Shown in pieces: positions 16,101 through 33,799 of a DNA stretch of 64,000 bases. This DNA comes from the human T2T-CHM13v2.0 reference genome, Homo sapiens. The position numbers were made by a program, and so were the translations under genes. The stretch is taken from NCBI RefSeq assembly GCF_009914755.1, contig NC_060938.1; one strand, given 5' to 3'. Each line of letters starts with the position of its first letter. The first letter of the stretch is position 1. A model generated the notes under the pieces. The model was not told the DNA's origin. It worked only from the letters and a program-made list of their open reading frames with translations, and searched no databases.

Positions 16101-16214
16101 TTCTTTGGAATTATTAATGCTTGATAGCACCGCTTCACACATTTTGTCCCCTCCTTCACCTTTAAAGCCCAAAAATTGCAGTGACTCTTTCTGAATTAAA
16201 GATAAATATACTTT

Positions 16215-16345
16215 TAGAATTTTTTTATAGAGATGGAGTCTTGCTATGTTGACCAGGCTGGTCTCGACCTCCTGGCCTTAAGCAATCCTCCCATCTGGGC
16301 CTCCCAAAGCTGGGATTACAGGTGTAAGCCACCACACCCAACCCA
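16215..16345 (-). mobile_element. Alu left monomer (FLAM-like)
   Basis: tagagatggagtcttgctatgttgaccaggctggtctc...gggattacaggtgtaagccacc. Confidence 0.8.
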
Positions 16346-16459
16346 CAATATACTTTTAATTAGATATCTCTCACTCCCTGAATCAGATGTCTTTTCTGTC
16401 TAAATATAACCCAGTTTCTAATTGGGTTTTCATCATCAAGAAATAGGGTGTGGCTGTGA

Positions 16460-16801
<342 letters not shown>

Positions 16802-16804
16802 CTC

Positions 16805-17030
16805 TTTTTTTTTTTTCTTTTTTTTTGAGACAGGTTCTCACAATGTCAGGCTAGTGCAGTGGTGTGACCATAGCTCACTGCAGTCTTGAACTCCTGGGCT
16901 CAAAAGATCCTCCTGCCTCAGCCTTTCAAGTAGTTGGGACTCCAGGCTTGTACCACCATGCTTGACATTTTATTTTATTTTATTATTCTATTATATTTTA
17001 TTTTATTCGTAGAGACAGAATCTCACAATA
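16805..17030 (-). mobile_element. Partial AluJ
   Basis: atagctcactgcagtcttgaactcctgggctcaa (J-type). Confidence 0.8.
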
Positions 17031-17303
17031 TCTCTATATTTATAAAGTTCCACAGGTATTCTGACATGTTCCTGCAGTTGAGAGCCACTGAACAAGAGAA
17101 CTCCATATCTGCTTCTCTCTGCATCTCTGCTCCATTACTGTCTTGCTACCAAATGGACATTTGTACTGTGAAGCAGAGGATATTTCAGCTATGAAAGTGG
17201 GCAAAAGACTCACCATAACTGAGAACTACCTTGGTTCTGGAGTAAGTTGCAGACTGGATGAGAGTGTCCTTTGCAATCAAAGGGCTTAAGTAAAACAACT
17301 AGT

Positions 17304-17664
17304 ATGCTGTGGTGATTAATTGCTGGGCCATGGCATCCAGATGTTTGGTCAAATACCAGTCTGGATATTGTTGTGAAGGTATTTTTTAGATGAGATTAAC
17401 ATTTAAATCAGTAGGCACTGAGTAAAACAGATTATCCTTCATAATGTGATGGGCCTCATCCAGTCAGCTGAAGGCCTTAAGAGGAAACAGAATGAGGTAC
17501 CCTGAGGAAGAGGGAATTCTGTAAACAGACTGTCTTTGGATTCAGTGACATCAGTTCTTTCCTGGGTCTCCAGCCTCCTGGCCTATCTAGCAGATTTGGA
17601 CTTGCCAGCCTCCACAATCATAAGAGCTAATCCTTTAAAATAAATCTCTCTGACTCTCTCTGTC

Positions 17665-17710
<46 letters not shown>

Positions 17711-18174
17711 TACACATGCATACACACATACATACAGACAGAGAGTCCCCAACTTACCATGGTTTGACTAACAATTTGTTGACTTTATGATGGTGCAAAA
17801 GCAATACACGTTCAATTAGAAACCATATCATTCTGCTTTTCACTTGCAGTACAGTATTCAATACATTACATGAGATATTCAGCACTCTACCATAAAGTAG
17901 CCTCTGTATTACATAATTTTGCCCAATAGTAGGCTAATGTAACTGTTCTGAACGTGTAAGTGTTCTGAACACGTTTAAGGCAGACTAGGATAAAGCTATG
18001 ATTTTCAGTAGGTTAGGTGTATGAAATGCATTTTCAACTTGTTATATTTTCAGCTTACAATGAGGTTATATCCTTATAACCCCATTGAGGTTATAAATTG
18101 AGTTATAAATTGAGGAGCATTTGTGTGTGTGTGTGTGTGTGTAAGTTTCTGTTTCTCTGGAGAACTCTAATACG
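17304..18174 (+). mobile_element. MLT2 (ERVL) LTR interrupted by MER47A
   Basis: gtgaaggtattttttagatgagattaacatttaaatcagt...; resumes ctgtttctctggagaactctaatac. Confidence 0.8.
17739..18123 (-). mobile_element. MER47A-like TcMar-Tigger MITE
   Basis: Ends gaggagcatttg (reverse of CAGATGCTCCTC); internal gtaggttaggtgtatgaaatgcattttc. Confidence 0.75.
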
Positions 18175-18447
18175 TGGGCATTTCTTGGTTTCCCACCGTT
18201 GTCCTTTTCACTTTGTTAATAGGTTTATCTCTGTGTTGTGATTACTTGACTTTTTTTCTTTGGATATAGCCCCGGGGGAAAATCATGAAGATCACTTTCC
18301 TGCAGAAGGTCAGATCTTGATTCCCGAGTTAGCCCAAGCCTGAGGTTATCTCCTGGGGTAAGCCTGACCCTTGGTAGTGTAGAATCATGACCCTTGGAAG
18401 AGGTGGTTGTCTTTTGAGAATATGAAGCAGACTCAGCAGAATAGGAC

Positions 18448-18821
18448 TGCTATTCTGAACATGTCCCCCAAAATGCATGTGTTGGAAACTTAATCCCAAT
18501 GCAGCAGTGTTAGGAGGTGAGGCCTAATGAGAGATGTTTAGGTCATGAGGACTCTGCCCTCATGAATAAATTAATGCCACTATAAAAAGGGCTTTCAGAA
18601 GTGAGTTTTCCCCCTTCCACCTTCTTCCATGTGAGGAGACAGTATTCCTCTTCTCTGGGGGACACAGCAACAAGGCACCACTTTGGAACCAGAAGCTAAA
18701 CATATCAGCACCTTGACCTTGGACTTCCCAGCCTCCAGGACTATGAGAAATAAATTTCTGTTCTTTATAAATTGCCTGGTCTGTAGTATTCTGTTACAAC
18801 AGTACAAGATAGACTAAGACA
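18448..18821 (+). mobile_element. MST (MSTD-like) MaLR LTR
   Basis: tgtcccccaaaatgcatgtgttggaaacttaatccc...ggacttcccagcctccag...actaagaca. Confidence 0.8.
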
Positions 18822-20130
18822 GGGACCCAAGGGCTGGAACAAATGTTGGTATTGACACTCTCGTAACTATTATGGGATTTAACACCGAGTACAATGAATA
18901 ACTGAAGAGATGTGCGTAAATAAAAAGAGTACATTATCAATATAAACAGATATCTGGTTTAGTTTGCCTTTTTCCTTCATTCTTTTGTCCCTGGGAATCT
19001 TGAGAAGCAAAGTCCTCCTGACATTTGGACTTATGACTTTCAATGACAAATTTCTGATATGATTAAATTCTTTCCAACTAGCTTTCTATAGAGTTCACAA
19101 CATAAGCAAAAATTTCCATGTCATTTCAGCTAAAATGTAGTACTAAAAGAAAAAAAATACTCCTTTTCACACTTTTTTCTTCAATTTTCATGAGTCTTTC
19201 TGCAAGCTCCTTTTGTTATGTGGCACAGAAATATTCCTGAAAATGTGGCAACCTGTGAATCAAAGTGAGAAAAATACTCACTTTCAGGCCAGCTATTTAT
19301 CTTGGGTGCTTTTCTAAAATGCATTCGTCACTTCTGTGAGCCCATGCTTTTATTCATTCTCTCTATGCCTCTTCCAATGGTGCTTCAGTTTTCCCTAGCC
19401 TCTCCACACTCAACTAAATGCAAAAGAATAAAAACCAAATTGATAATTTCTTGAAGAATTCTCAGATAAGTCATTATTTTCCATACAAACAATTCAGATG
19501 ATAGTACTTAACTTAGAAGTGAAATGTTATAAAAGTATTTTGACTCATTGGCAGTTATCTGCTTCTTTCCCTTTTTTCTTTCCTATTCTTCCTTCACTCA
19601 CCCAGGAATTCAGTTAATGTAGGAATCGTTCCATTAGCTCTGCTACTCTGGCTGCAGGCTCTAATGTAACCCCAGTGATTCTCAGTGTATGGGAGACTTC
19701 CTGTCTCCAACATTCGGAAACCTATCCCAGGCTTCTCAGCCTGATGGGGAACCCTGGGAGAAAGGCTGTTTAGGGGAAGGAAGGACCCTGGATTCTCACT
19801 GTATTCTGGTTCTCACAGACCTCCCTGAAGCTCCTGTTGCCGGCAACCGCCCTTCTCCCCTACCCCAGTGATTAAGTCATCATGGAATTCCAAATCTAAC
19901 TGCACAAGGGGCCTTGTCTGTCAAAGCTGCGAGGAAGACAACTACTCTACACTTTTATTTCTGCCTAAGCAGGATCATAAACTTTCCAACTTCTAGCCTT
20001 CCTAGCTAAGTACAGTGAGTTGGTGCTCTGATGATTTGGTCAGAAGCCCATTTTGACCTAAATCAAGTCAATAACAATAACATATTCTAGCACCTTCATC
20101 ATCACACTTTTATAAGGAGAACCTAATATG

Positions 20131-20318
<188 letters not shown>

Positions 20319-20939
20319 CTAACATACACTCTACTATTTTGAGGCAACAGTGAGGAAATTATGACTCAGACTAAAACAGACATCATATAACATTGAAAAT
20401 GTGTACCTTTGCTCCATTCCTGGCCTCAGAATGAGCCTTTGGGAGTTCAGCTGTGTGGTCCTGTGGTGTCTGCTACATACATTACTTGAATTTTTTTTAA
20501 ACCCTTTGATGGGGGGATTGGATGGGAGGTTGGAAAGCTGTGCCTTTAGGGGAAAGTAAGGATAATTGTTTAAAGAATATTGAGATGCAGCAACTCTTTC
20601 TTCCCAAGGCTCATGATGGGGTGGGTATTAACAGCAAGGGATCATGTCTTTTCAAAGAAATCTCTTCACAAGCCTCTTCAAAATGGAGTATGTCCCTTTC
20701 CATACCCTGATTCCTTTTTTATGTTCTTAAACTAGGTGGGCGGTTTTTAAAGTCATGGAACAGATTTTTAAACATTTTCTTTAAATATTTGTATATGATG
20801 ATCTGGCTTTGTAATTTCACATTTATAGTATCTTATGCCTTCATCAAAACTTCAATTTTAACATCCTGTTTTATATATAAATTAAGAAATAGAATTACAG
20901 GGAAATAAAGGCAAATACATAAACATAGGAGGAGATTCT

Positions 20940-22130
20940 ACCACATTTTTAAAAAACTGACACCAAGTAGACAACATCAATAAATACATATCAAATATTT
21001 AGAAATAAACCTAACAAAATATGCACAAATTCTTCATAGGAAAAAATTAAAATCTGTATTGAAAGATACAGAACAAAAGGCAAATGTAAACAAATGTTTA
21101 TGTTTCTAGATGAGAAAACAACACTGTAAAGATGTTAGTTATCCCCCAAATTAGCCTACAAATTCAATGCAATCCCAACTGAAACTTCAGCAGGATTCTC
21201 AGGAAACTGTTCTAAAATGGCAATGGAAAAGTCAAGGCACTCAACAGCTTAAACAATTTTAAAAGCAAACACAGGTGCGTGTGTGTGAGAAAGATTTGCT
21301 TGTCCTATTAGCCAAGATGTATTGAAGGTTCTAGAATTCAAAACAATGTGACGTCATCACAGGAGAAGAGAAACAAACCATGAAACAGAGTAGAGGGCTC
21401 AGACACGGATCCATACTCATGTGGGACCCAGTGGACAGTAGAGGAGGCATCCAAGCTCAGCAAGGAAAAGATCAACTATTCAGAAGAAAGGCTGGGAAAA
21501 CTGGCACACCTTTTGGAAAAAAATAGAATTAGATCATTATTATTATAATCATAGTTAAATTATATAACTAGAAAAAATAGATTTTGGATCACTGAAAGCA
21601 AATACAACTTTTAAATGATTAGAAAAGTATGTAGAAGTGTATCTCTGTGATTTGGAGATGGGTGAACTTCCTAAACAAGATATAAAAACGAAAACTGCAA
21701 AGGAAAAGATCAATATATTGGATAATATTAAAATGTAAAACTTCTGTGTGACAAAGGATACTATAAACAAGCTTAAAGGACAAGTGGCAGTCCATAATAG
21801 CACATTTGCAACAAATAACAAGTGAAGGATTGGCTTTCAAATATACAAATAGATCTTACAAACATAAAGAAAAGACAGTATAGAAATGTGGCCGAAAGAG
21901 AGGAGCAGGCAATTCACAGAAGAGGAAACCAAAACAGTAAATGAAAATATAAAAGATCCTCAAACTCCTAGTAACTATGAAGAATAAAATTAAAACTAAT
22001 TTATGTCTTTTTTCACTAATTGGAATGACAATAATTTAAAACATTGTTATTACAAATGTTGGGAAAAATGGCAACTATGGACTACAAATTTATACAGTAT
22101 TTTTGGAAAACAATTTGACATCAATGATAA
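20940..22130 (+). mobile_element. Ancient L1M(E)-like ORF2/3' fragment
   Basis: aaattcaatgcaatccca, aggcaattcacagaagaggaaacc and similar ORF2-like motifs. Confidence 0.7.
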
Positions 22131-22738
22131 TTTTAAATGTTCCTACCCTTCAATCCTCAGCAAGAACCATCCATTCCAAAAGTTTCTATTTACTTTCTTG
22201 TCCAAACCAGGACATTCCTTGAAAAACTGCTGTCTCTGCTATCTCGATTTCTGTGACATACCTGAGGCCCATGGAACTTTCAACATTCTTCCTTACCAGT
22301 CCCCACCCTGGCCCAGGGCCTTGGAAAGCAGAGGACTGTCTCTGGACTTCCCTTATCCTACACACAAAACACTTTTGTCTGCAGGACTGCTGCACCCTAA
22401 TAGCCTAGAGGCTACTCCTGTTGTTTGCTGCTTGGAAGGATAGCCTGAGTTCTCTCTCTCAGGCCCTAAACATTAAGGGGAATTATATCTGGTCGTTAGT
22501 TACCCCAGCTCTAGACTAAGCAGGAACAGGGCACTTACACCACTGCCACTCTCCATCTCCACTCCAAATTCTTCTCTCTCCCTAGCTCATAGGAATTTTC
22601 TAGTCTGTTTATTGGCTTGTATTTTTTTCTGGTTTCTTTTTGTGCGTGTATCCAAGACCTGGACCATACCTCTTGAATTTAGAGACTAAAAATGTGATAC
22701 TTTATTCACTGAATTATCCCAACCGCTCTCTTACAGGT

Positions 22739-23632
22739 ATGGTGGTTTTAAAATATCTTCATAATTTCATTGACATCCCTCTCTTCAAGTGGTAGAACCA
22801 AATTTATCTCCCTTTGAGTGTGGACTGGACTTAGTATCTTGCTTCTAATGACTAGAATAGAGTGGAAGTGACGCTATGTACTTGGGAGATGTTATAGTCT
22901 GTTTCATTCTGCTATAACAGAATACCTGAGAGTGGGTAATTCATAAAGAACAGAAATTTATTTCTTACACCTCTGGAGCCCAGGAAGATCAAGGCACTGG
23001 CAGGTTTAGTGTCTGGTAACAGCCTGGTCTCTGCTTCAAAGATGGCGCCTTGAACACTACATCTTCCAGAGAGGATGTAGTGCTATTACTCACACAGCAA
23101 AAGGGTGGAAGAGACAGAACCCATTTCCATAAGCCCTTTTTATAGCAGCATTAATTCTTTCATGAGGGTGTGGCCTTCATGACCCAAATACCTCCTAAAA
23201 GGCCCCAAATACCAACACTATTGCATTGGGAATTAAGTTTCTAACATGTGAATTTTGGAACACACTTTGAAACCATAGCAGGAAAGTAGGTCATAAAAGG
23301 TACTGTAACTTCCTGCTCACTCTCTTTTAGATCATTCATGCGCACAGGCAGGCCAGAGGCCATAATGTGAGGTCACTTAAGCAGCCTATGGTAAGGCCCA
23401 AGTAATGAGGAACTGAGGCCTACTGCCAACAGCCATGTGAGTGAGCCATCCTAGAAGCAGATGCTCCAACCTATGTCCACCCCAGCTGACACCCTGAGAC
23501 TAACAACATGAGAGTCTCTGAGCCATCACTACCCAGATGAGCTCACCCACAAAAACTGTAAGCTAATAAATATTTGTTTTTTTAAGTTACTATGTTCTGG
23601 AGTAATTTGTCACACAGAAATAGACAACTGAT
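22739..23632 (+). mobile_element. MLT1 LTR with nested antisense MST LTR (~22890-23280)
   Basis: MLT1 motifs (gaggaactgaggcctactgccaacagccatgtgagtgagccat) flank tgttatagtctgtttcattctgctataacagaatacc...aaaccatagca. Confidence 0.75.
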
Positions 23633-23717
23633 AAACTGAGGGAATTGGCAACATCTTGTCTCATGGCCAGAATGGGGGTAATCAAAGATAGAAGAAAAGG
23701 ACATCTAGATTCATCTT

Positions 23718-24058
23718 TGTTAGGAGCTGAGTTGTGTCCCCACAAAATTGATATGTTGAAGTCCTAACCCCCAATACCTCAGGATGCGGCTGTATTTGGA
23801 GACAGTGTCTTTAAGAGGTAATTGAGATTAAAGGAGGTCATTGGAGAGAGCCCTAGCTCAACGACTCGTGTCTTTATAAAAAGAGATTAGGATACAGACA
23901 TGCATAGAAGAAAAGACCAAGGAGAGAGGCCTCACAGTGAAACCAAACCTGCCAGCACTTTGATCTTGGGCTTCTAGCCTCCAGAACTGTAAGGAAATAA
24001 ATGTTGATTAAGCCACCCAGTCGGTGGTGTTTGTTATAGCAGCCCTAGCAACTAATAC
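23718..24058 (+). mobile_element. MLT1A/B-like LTR
   Basis: gttgtgtccccacaaaattgatatgttgaagtcctaacccc...agcagccctagcaactaataca. Confidence 0.75.
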
Positions 24059-24187
24059 AGTATTCCAAATTATTATTGTATCATGTTCTTCCATTAGTGA
24101 ATATTTGCCTCCTAATGCAAAAAAGCACACTCATATGGAAGTTCCAAACTCTCTTCCAAACAGGCAGAAATTAGGACTCTGTCTAAA

Positions 24188-24995
<808 letters not shown>

Positions 24996-25659
24996 CTGAT
25001 TGGTCAAAGATTGCCCCACAGGGCATTCATTAATTCTTCCACATCCACACTTAGGAATTGTATTACTTGGCTCTTCTGAGCAGTGGCATAGCAGTATAGC
25101 CCTTAATGTAGCTCCAAAAGTAGAGAACAAAGCCAGGACCATGTTTAGCCAGATTCTGCAAGATACAGGCAGAGGGTCAGAAGGCAGAAATGAGGAGTCA
25201 GAGCGGAAGCTCAACATGGAGAATCTCCTGGCCTTGACTAGAACATAGGCTGAGCTGTAGACCCTGGTGTAGAAAGAGTTGAAGCTGCTCTTCAGAGTAC
25301 ATAGAGGAGGCGTGGTCCAGCTGCTCAACTGCTGCTGGAGAAGCCACTGACCAGCTGCAGCTCATTTACTCAGGCACTGGTGAATACCCTCCATGCAGCT
25401 GATGTGTATCCACCCAGTCTGGTACGGTAAGAAGGAAGTAGATGGAACTCTTCACTGAGCAAGAGGCCTAGGCTTGGAGATGGTACAACTGAAAGAATCT
25501 AGGAAGGGGTGGCATAACTGGATGTGGTATGTCCTGTGAACTGTCAATTTCATTTAGGGGCATACACCCTAAAGAGATCTTCATTCATATGTGTGAAAAA
25601 ACATGTTCATTATAATATTGTTGGTGATAAAGAAGAGTTAAAAACATTTGTCTATCAAT

Positions 25660-27370
<1,711 letters not shown>

Positions 27371-28090
27371 GTACTATGAGTACATTATAAAGAATGAGAT
27401 AAATCTACATCCACTAATATAGAAAAATCTCTATGATGTATTGTTATGTAAAAAGCAAGTTATAGAACAAAACACCCATTGTAATACCAGTTAAGTTTTT
27501 AATATATTTTTATGTGTTCATGCACATTTGATTTCTAGCTCAATGAAAATGTATTAGGAAAGGTCTGGAAGTATACTCAAAGTTAAAATTGTTCTTGAAA
27601 GGTCACTGCAATTAGGGAGAAGTAACAGAGTCAAAAAGGACTTTTTCTGTATAATTTTAATTTTTACAATGAGAATATATTTATGTCTTACTTTGTCATT
27701 AAAAATAAATGAAATGAAATTACTTTTAAAAGAACATATTGTTCACCATGTGCTGGTGATACTGCCATCTGGGAATTAGACATTTTTAGGTCTCCTGACT
27801 GAGGAGCGTACTCTTCTGTTTTCAGCAGAATTTGTCAAATGAAGTTATTAGTGTTTCGATCTATTTCCTATCTACACCATTTATCTTCTATACACATTTT
27901 TCTTCCCCTTCCCAAATTTGAATCCTCAGGTCTGGAGCCCTCTAACCCTAAAAGTTATGAATCTGATCTCCCTTTCTTTCACCCACCCTACATCATTTCA
28001 CTTTTTGATAATTTAATATTTTTAAAACTTTTAAATATTCCAAGGTATAACTTATATGTTAAGTATATTAAGCAGTTTCTCTACTACCAA

Positions 28091-28363
28091 TTTTTTTTTG
28101 AAACGGGGTCTCACTCTGTTGCCCAGGCTGGAGTGCAGTGGTGTGATCATGGCTCACTGCAGCTTTGACCACTCCAGGCTCAGGTGATCCTCTCACATCA
28201 GCCTCCTGAGTAGCTGGGACTACAGTCATGCGCCATCATGCCTGGCTAATTTTTGAATTTTCTGTAGAGAAGTGTTTTCACGATCCTGCCTCTGGGCTCA
28301 AGTAATTCACCTGCCCAGGCCTCCCAAAGTTCTGGGATTACAGGCACTAGCCACCATGCCCAG
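28091..28363 (-). mobile_element. AluJ (donor copy, with TSD)
   Basis: Flanked by tttctctactaccaattttt / tttccactaccattttt. Confidence 0.85.
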
Positions 28364-30066
28364 TTTCCACTACCATTTTTTAAAGTAGCTGTGGAGGACT
28401 GTTTTTCAAATTGCAGGTCTCAATCATTAGTGGGTCATAAAACTAATGTTGCAGATTTCAATTAACTTTTCAAAAAATGTGTTCCATGCATTTTAAAAAG
28501 TTTTTTTAAGAGCAGTTTTAGGTTTACAGCAAAATTAGGAGGAAGCTACAGAGATTTTCCATATATCCACTGTCCCCCTACCTGCATAGCTTCCCCTATT
28601 ATCAACATTCCCCATCAAAGAAATACAATTGTTATAATTGATGATCCTACATTGACAAATCTTAATTACCCCAAGTCCATAATTTACATTAGAGTTCATT
28701 CTAGGTGTTGTATATTCTATGGGTGTTTACAAATGTATAATGACATTTATTCATCATTAAAGTACCTGCAAACCTCATTTTGTTATTCTTCACTTTCTAG
28801 CACTTTGCAGATATTGCGTTTTTTACAAATTGAAGGTTTGTAGCAAACTTGCATCAAGCAAGTCTATTGGCACCATTTTCCCAAGAGCATGTGCTCATTT
28901 CGTGTCTTGGCATCACATTTTGGTAATTCGCACAATATTTCAAACTTTTTCATTATTATTATTATATTCGTTATGGTGATCTGTGATGTTACTATTGCAA
29001 TTGTTTTGAGGTGCCACAAACTGAACCCATATAAAATGGTTAACTTAATCTATACATGTTGTGTGAGTCTTGACTTCTCCACTGAACAGCCTTGTCTTTC
29101 CCTCTCTTCAGACCTCACTATTCTCTGAGATACAACAATATTAAAATTAAGCCAACTAATAGCCCTGCAATGACCTCTAAGTGTTCAAGTGAAAGGAAGA
29201 GTCACACATCTCTCACTTTAAATCAAAAGCTGGACATGAGTAAGCTTAGTAAGGAAGGTATGTTGAAAGCCAAGATAGACTAAAAGCTAGGCCTTCCATC
29301 AAACAGTTAGCCAAGTTGTGAATGCAAAGGAGAAGTTATTGAAGGAAATTAAAAGTGCTATTTCAGTGAATACAGGAATGATAAGAAAGCAAAACAGCCT
29401 TATTGCTGATATGGAGAAAGTTCTAGTAGTCTGAATAGAAGATCAAACCAGCCACAACATTCTCTTAAGCCAAAGCCTAATCCTGAGCAAGGACCTAATT
29501 CTCTTCAATTAAAGAGAATTATGACACCTGACAGAGGTGAGGAAGCTTTAGAGGAAAAGTTTGAAGCTAGCAGAAGTTGGTCCATGAGGTTTAAGGAAAG
29601 AAGCCATCTCCAGAACACAAAAGTACAAGGTAAAGCAGCAAGTGCTGATGTAGAAGCTGCAGCAAGTTATCCAGAAGATCCAGCTAAGATCATTAATGAA
29701 GGTGGCTACACCAAACATCAGATTTTCAATGTAGACAAAACAGCCTTCTATTGGAAGAAAATGTCATCTAGGACTTTCATAGCTAGACAGAAGAAGTGAG
29801 TGCCTGGCTTCAAAGATTTGAAGGACAGGCTGGCTCTCTAATTAGGGGCTAGTGCAGCTGGTGACTTTAAGTTGAAGCCAATGCTCATTTACAATTCCAA
29901 AAATCCTAAGTTCCATAAGTATTATGCCTGTGCCCTATATAAAAGGAAAAACAAAGCCTGCATGACAGCACATCTGTTTACAGCATGGTTTACTGAATAT
30001 TTTATGTCCACTATTGAAATCTGCTCCTCAGAAAAAAAAGATTCCTTTTGAAATATGACTGCTCAT

Positions 30067-30529
30067 TAACTATCACAAGGACAGAAAACCAAACACCACA
30101 AATTCTCACTCATAGGTGGTAACTGAACAATGAGAACACTTGGACGCAGGGTAGGGAACATCACAAACCGTGGCCTGTCATGAAATGGGGCACGGGCAGA
30201 GGGATAACATTGGGAGAAATACCTAATGTAAATGATGGGTTGATGGGTGCAGTGGGCCAGCATGGCACATGTATACCCATGTAACAAGCCTGCACATTGT
30301 GCACATGTACCCTAGAACTTAAAGTATATATATAAAAAAAAGAAATAACCCAATATACAGGGATCTCCATTGCCCATCCCCTCCTCTAAGGTAATTATCT
30401 GTAGGCCATCGCCATATGTCTTCTTTGTTTCAGAAAGACAACATCTTTTGTTATCATTCATGTTAATATTATTGAAAGCAAATAAAATGGAATTTTACAT
30501 TCTTTTCTTCACATGCCAAAAAAAAAAAA
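30067..30529 (+). mobile_element. 5'-truncated L1PA with ~175-bp 3' transduction
   Basis: L1 3'UTR, A-tail, non-L1 segment 30342-30517, second poly-A; TSD gaaatatgactgctcat / gaaacatgactgctcat. Confidence 0.9.
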
Positions 30530-30676
30530 GAAACATGACTGCTCATCGACAATGCACCTGGTCACCCAAGATCTCTGATAGACATGTACATGGAGAGAAT
30601 AATGGTGTTTTCATGCCTGCTAACACAACATCCATTCTGTGGCCCATGGATTAGGAGTAATTTTGACTTCCAAGTC

Positions 30677-30975
<299 letters not shown>

Positions 30976-31098
30976 TGACTTTCAAGGCTTATTACTTAAT
31001 TAATATATTTTGTAAGGCTATAGCTGCCACAGACTGTGATGCCTCTAACAGATTTAGGCAAAGTTAATTGAAAACCTTCGAGAAAAGATTAACCACTG

Positions 31099-31269
31099 TG
31101 GTTTCCAGCTTCATCCATGAGGGGGGAGGGATAGCATTAGGAGATATACCTAATGTTAAATGACGAGTTAATGGGTGCAGCACACCAATATGGCACATGT
31201 ATACATATGTAACAAACCTGCATGTTGTGCACATGTACCCTAAAACTTAAAGTATAATAATAAAAAAAA
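31099..31269 (+). mobile_element. Very short L1PA with 5' inversion
   Basis: Antisense tggtttccagcttcatccatg joined to the sense 3' end; TSD aaaagattaaccactg / aaaagattaagcattg. Confidence 0.88.
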
Positions 31270-32199
31270 GATTAAGCATTGTGGATGTCATTAAGAATAT
31301 GTGTGATCTTAGGAGGAAGTCAAAATATCAACATTAACAGGAGTTGGGAAGACATTGATTCCCAGCCCTCATGGATGACTTTGAAGGGTTAAAGACTTCA
31401 GTGAAGGAAAGCAAGTAATAGCTGATGTGGTGGAAAAAGCAAGAGAACTAGAATTAGAAGTGAAGTCTGAAGATGTGTCTGAATTGTTGCAATCTCCTGA
31501 TAAAACTTGAACAAATGAGGAGTTGCTTTCTATGAATGAGCAAAGAAAGCAGTTTCTTGAGATGGAATCTACTCCTAGTGAAGATGCTGTGAACATTGCT
31601 GAAATGACAACAAAGGAATTAGAATATTACATAAGCTTAGCTGATTAAGCAACAGTAGGGTTTGAGAGTATTGACTCCAATTTTAAAAGAAGTTCTATTG
31701 TGAGTAAAATGCTATCAAACAGCATCACATGCTACAGAGGAATCTTTTGTGAAAGGAAGAGTCAATCAATGCAACAAACTTCACTGTTGTCTTAGTGGAA
31801 GAAATTGCCACAGCTACCCTAACATTTAGCAACTACCACCCTGATCAGTCAGCTGCCATCAACATTAAGGCAAGACCCTGTACCAGCAAAAAGAGTGTGA
31901 CTTGATGAATGCTCAGCTGATTGTTAGCATTTTTTAGCAGTGAAGTATTTTTAAATTCAGGTATGTACATTGTTTCTTAGACATGGTGGTACCGCCCACT
32001 TACAATACAGTAGAGTGTAAACATAACTTCTGTATGCACTGAGGAACCAAAAAAATTCCCGTGACTTGCTTTATTGTAATATTTGCTTTATTGTAGTGGT
32101 CTGGAACTGAACCTACAGTATCTCTGAGGTATGCCTGTACACATACTGGGACTTTGGTTCACTGTTATTTGGTTCCATCATGCTTGCCAGAGCAATGTT

Positions 32200-32895
<696 letters not shown>

Positions 32896-33410
32896 TGAAG
32901 ATTTCCTTTCCATTTTGGACAATTTTGCTCTAAAGAAGTTTTATTCCTAAAGAGTCATTTGGGAGATATTATTTAGGAGTCAACTAAGAAAAGAGCAGTT
33001 TATTTCAGGAATACAGAGTATGCACAAATTTGGCAGGTTATAAATATATAGGTTCATACTTTTCTGTGGGCATAACACTGCTTAAAAGCATTATTGGTTC
33101 ATTTTATTCAGTTCAAATCACTTCAACGTTCTGGCTCTTACTCTCATATAATCCTTGAGATTGCTCTGACCCTTTCCCACAAGTTCATTCTTATATTCCT
33201 CTAAAAACAGGATACCTCAATAAAGAATCAGAGACTCTCTGGTGTGGAACTGTCTTTGGATTATCTACTTAAAACCTGTCGGAGGTTCATTCCCTCTGCA
33301 ACCTTACAGCAAAGTAGACCTTCCATCCTCTCTTGAAAAGCTCTCGTGACATGGGAAATTCCTATTACCCATGGCTATATTTCCTCTTTGGGGATTTGAA
33401 AACATCTTTT

Positions 33411-33660
33411 TTTTATTTTTTATTTTTTTATTATACTTTAAGTTATAGGGTACATGTGCACAATGTGCAGGTTTGTTACATATGTATACATGTGCCATGT
33501 TGGTGTGCTGCACCCATTAACTCATCATTTAACATCAGGTATATCTCCTAATGCTATCCCTCCCCGCTCCCCCTACCCCACAACAGGCCCCATGAGTTCA
33601 TGTCCTTTGTAGGGACATGGATGAAGCTGGAAACCATCATTCTCAGCAAACTATCACAAG
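33411..33660 (-). mobile_element. Short L1PA with 5' inversion
   Basis: Antisense 3'UTR to ~33591, then sense atgagttcatgtcctttgtagggacatggatgaagctggaaacc...; TSD gaaaacatctttt / gaaaatatctttt. Confidence 0.9.
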
Positions 33661-33753
33661 GAAAATATCTTTTTAATAGGAGCAGAAACCTTTCTCCATA
33701 TACAGCTTCTTCCCATTGGTATTAGATGCATCCCTTGTACTTACATCATTGAG

Positions 33754-33756
<3 letters not shown>

Positions 33757-33799
<43 letters not shown>

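Noticed and set aside
22003-22443. 146-aa ORF
   Set aside because: Begins in decayed L1; no homology or splice evidence.
29092-29799. Transposase-like ORFs as a domesticated TIGD-type gene
   Set aside because: The Tigger1 frame is broken by stops, frameshifts and three nested insertions.
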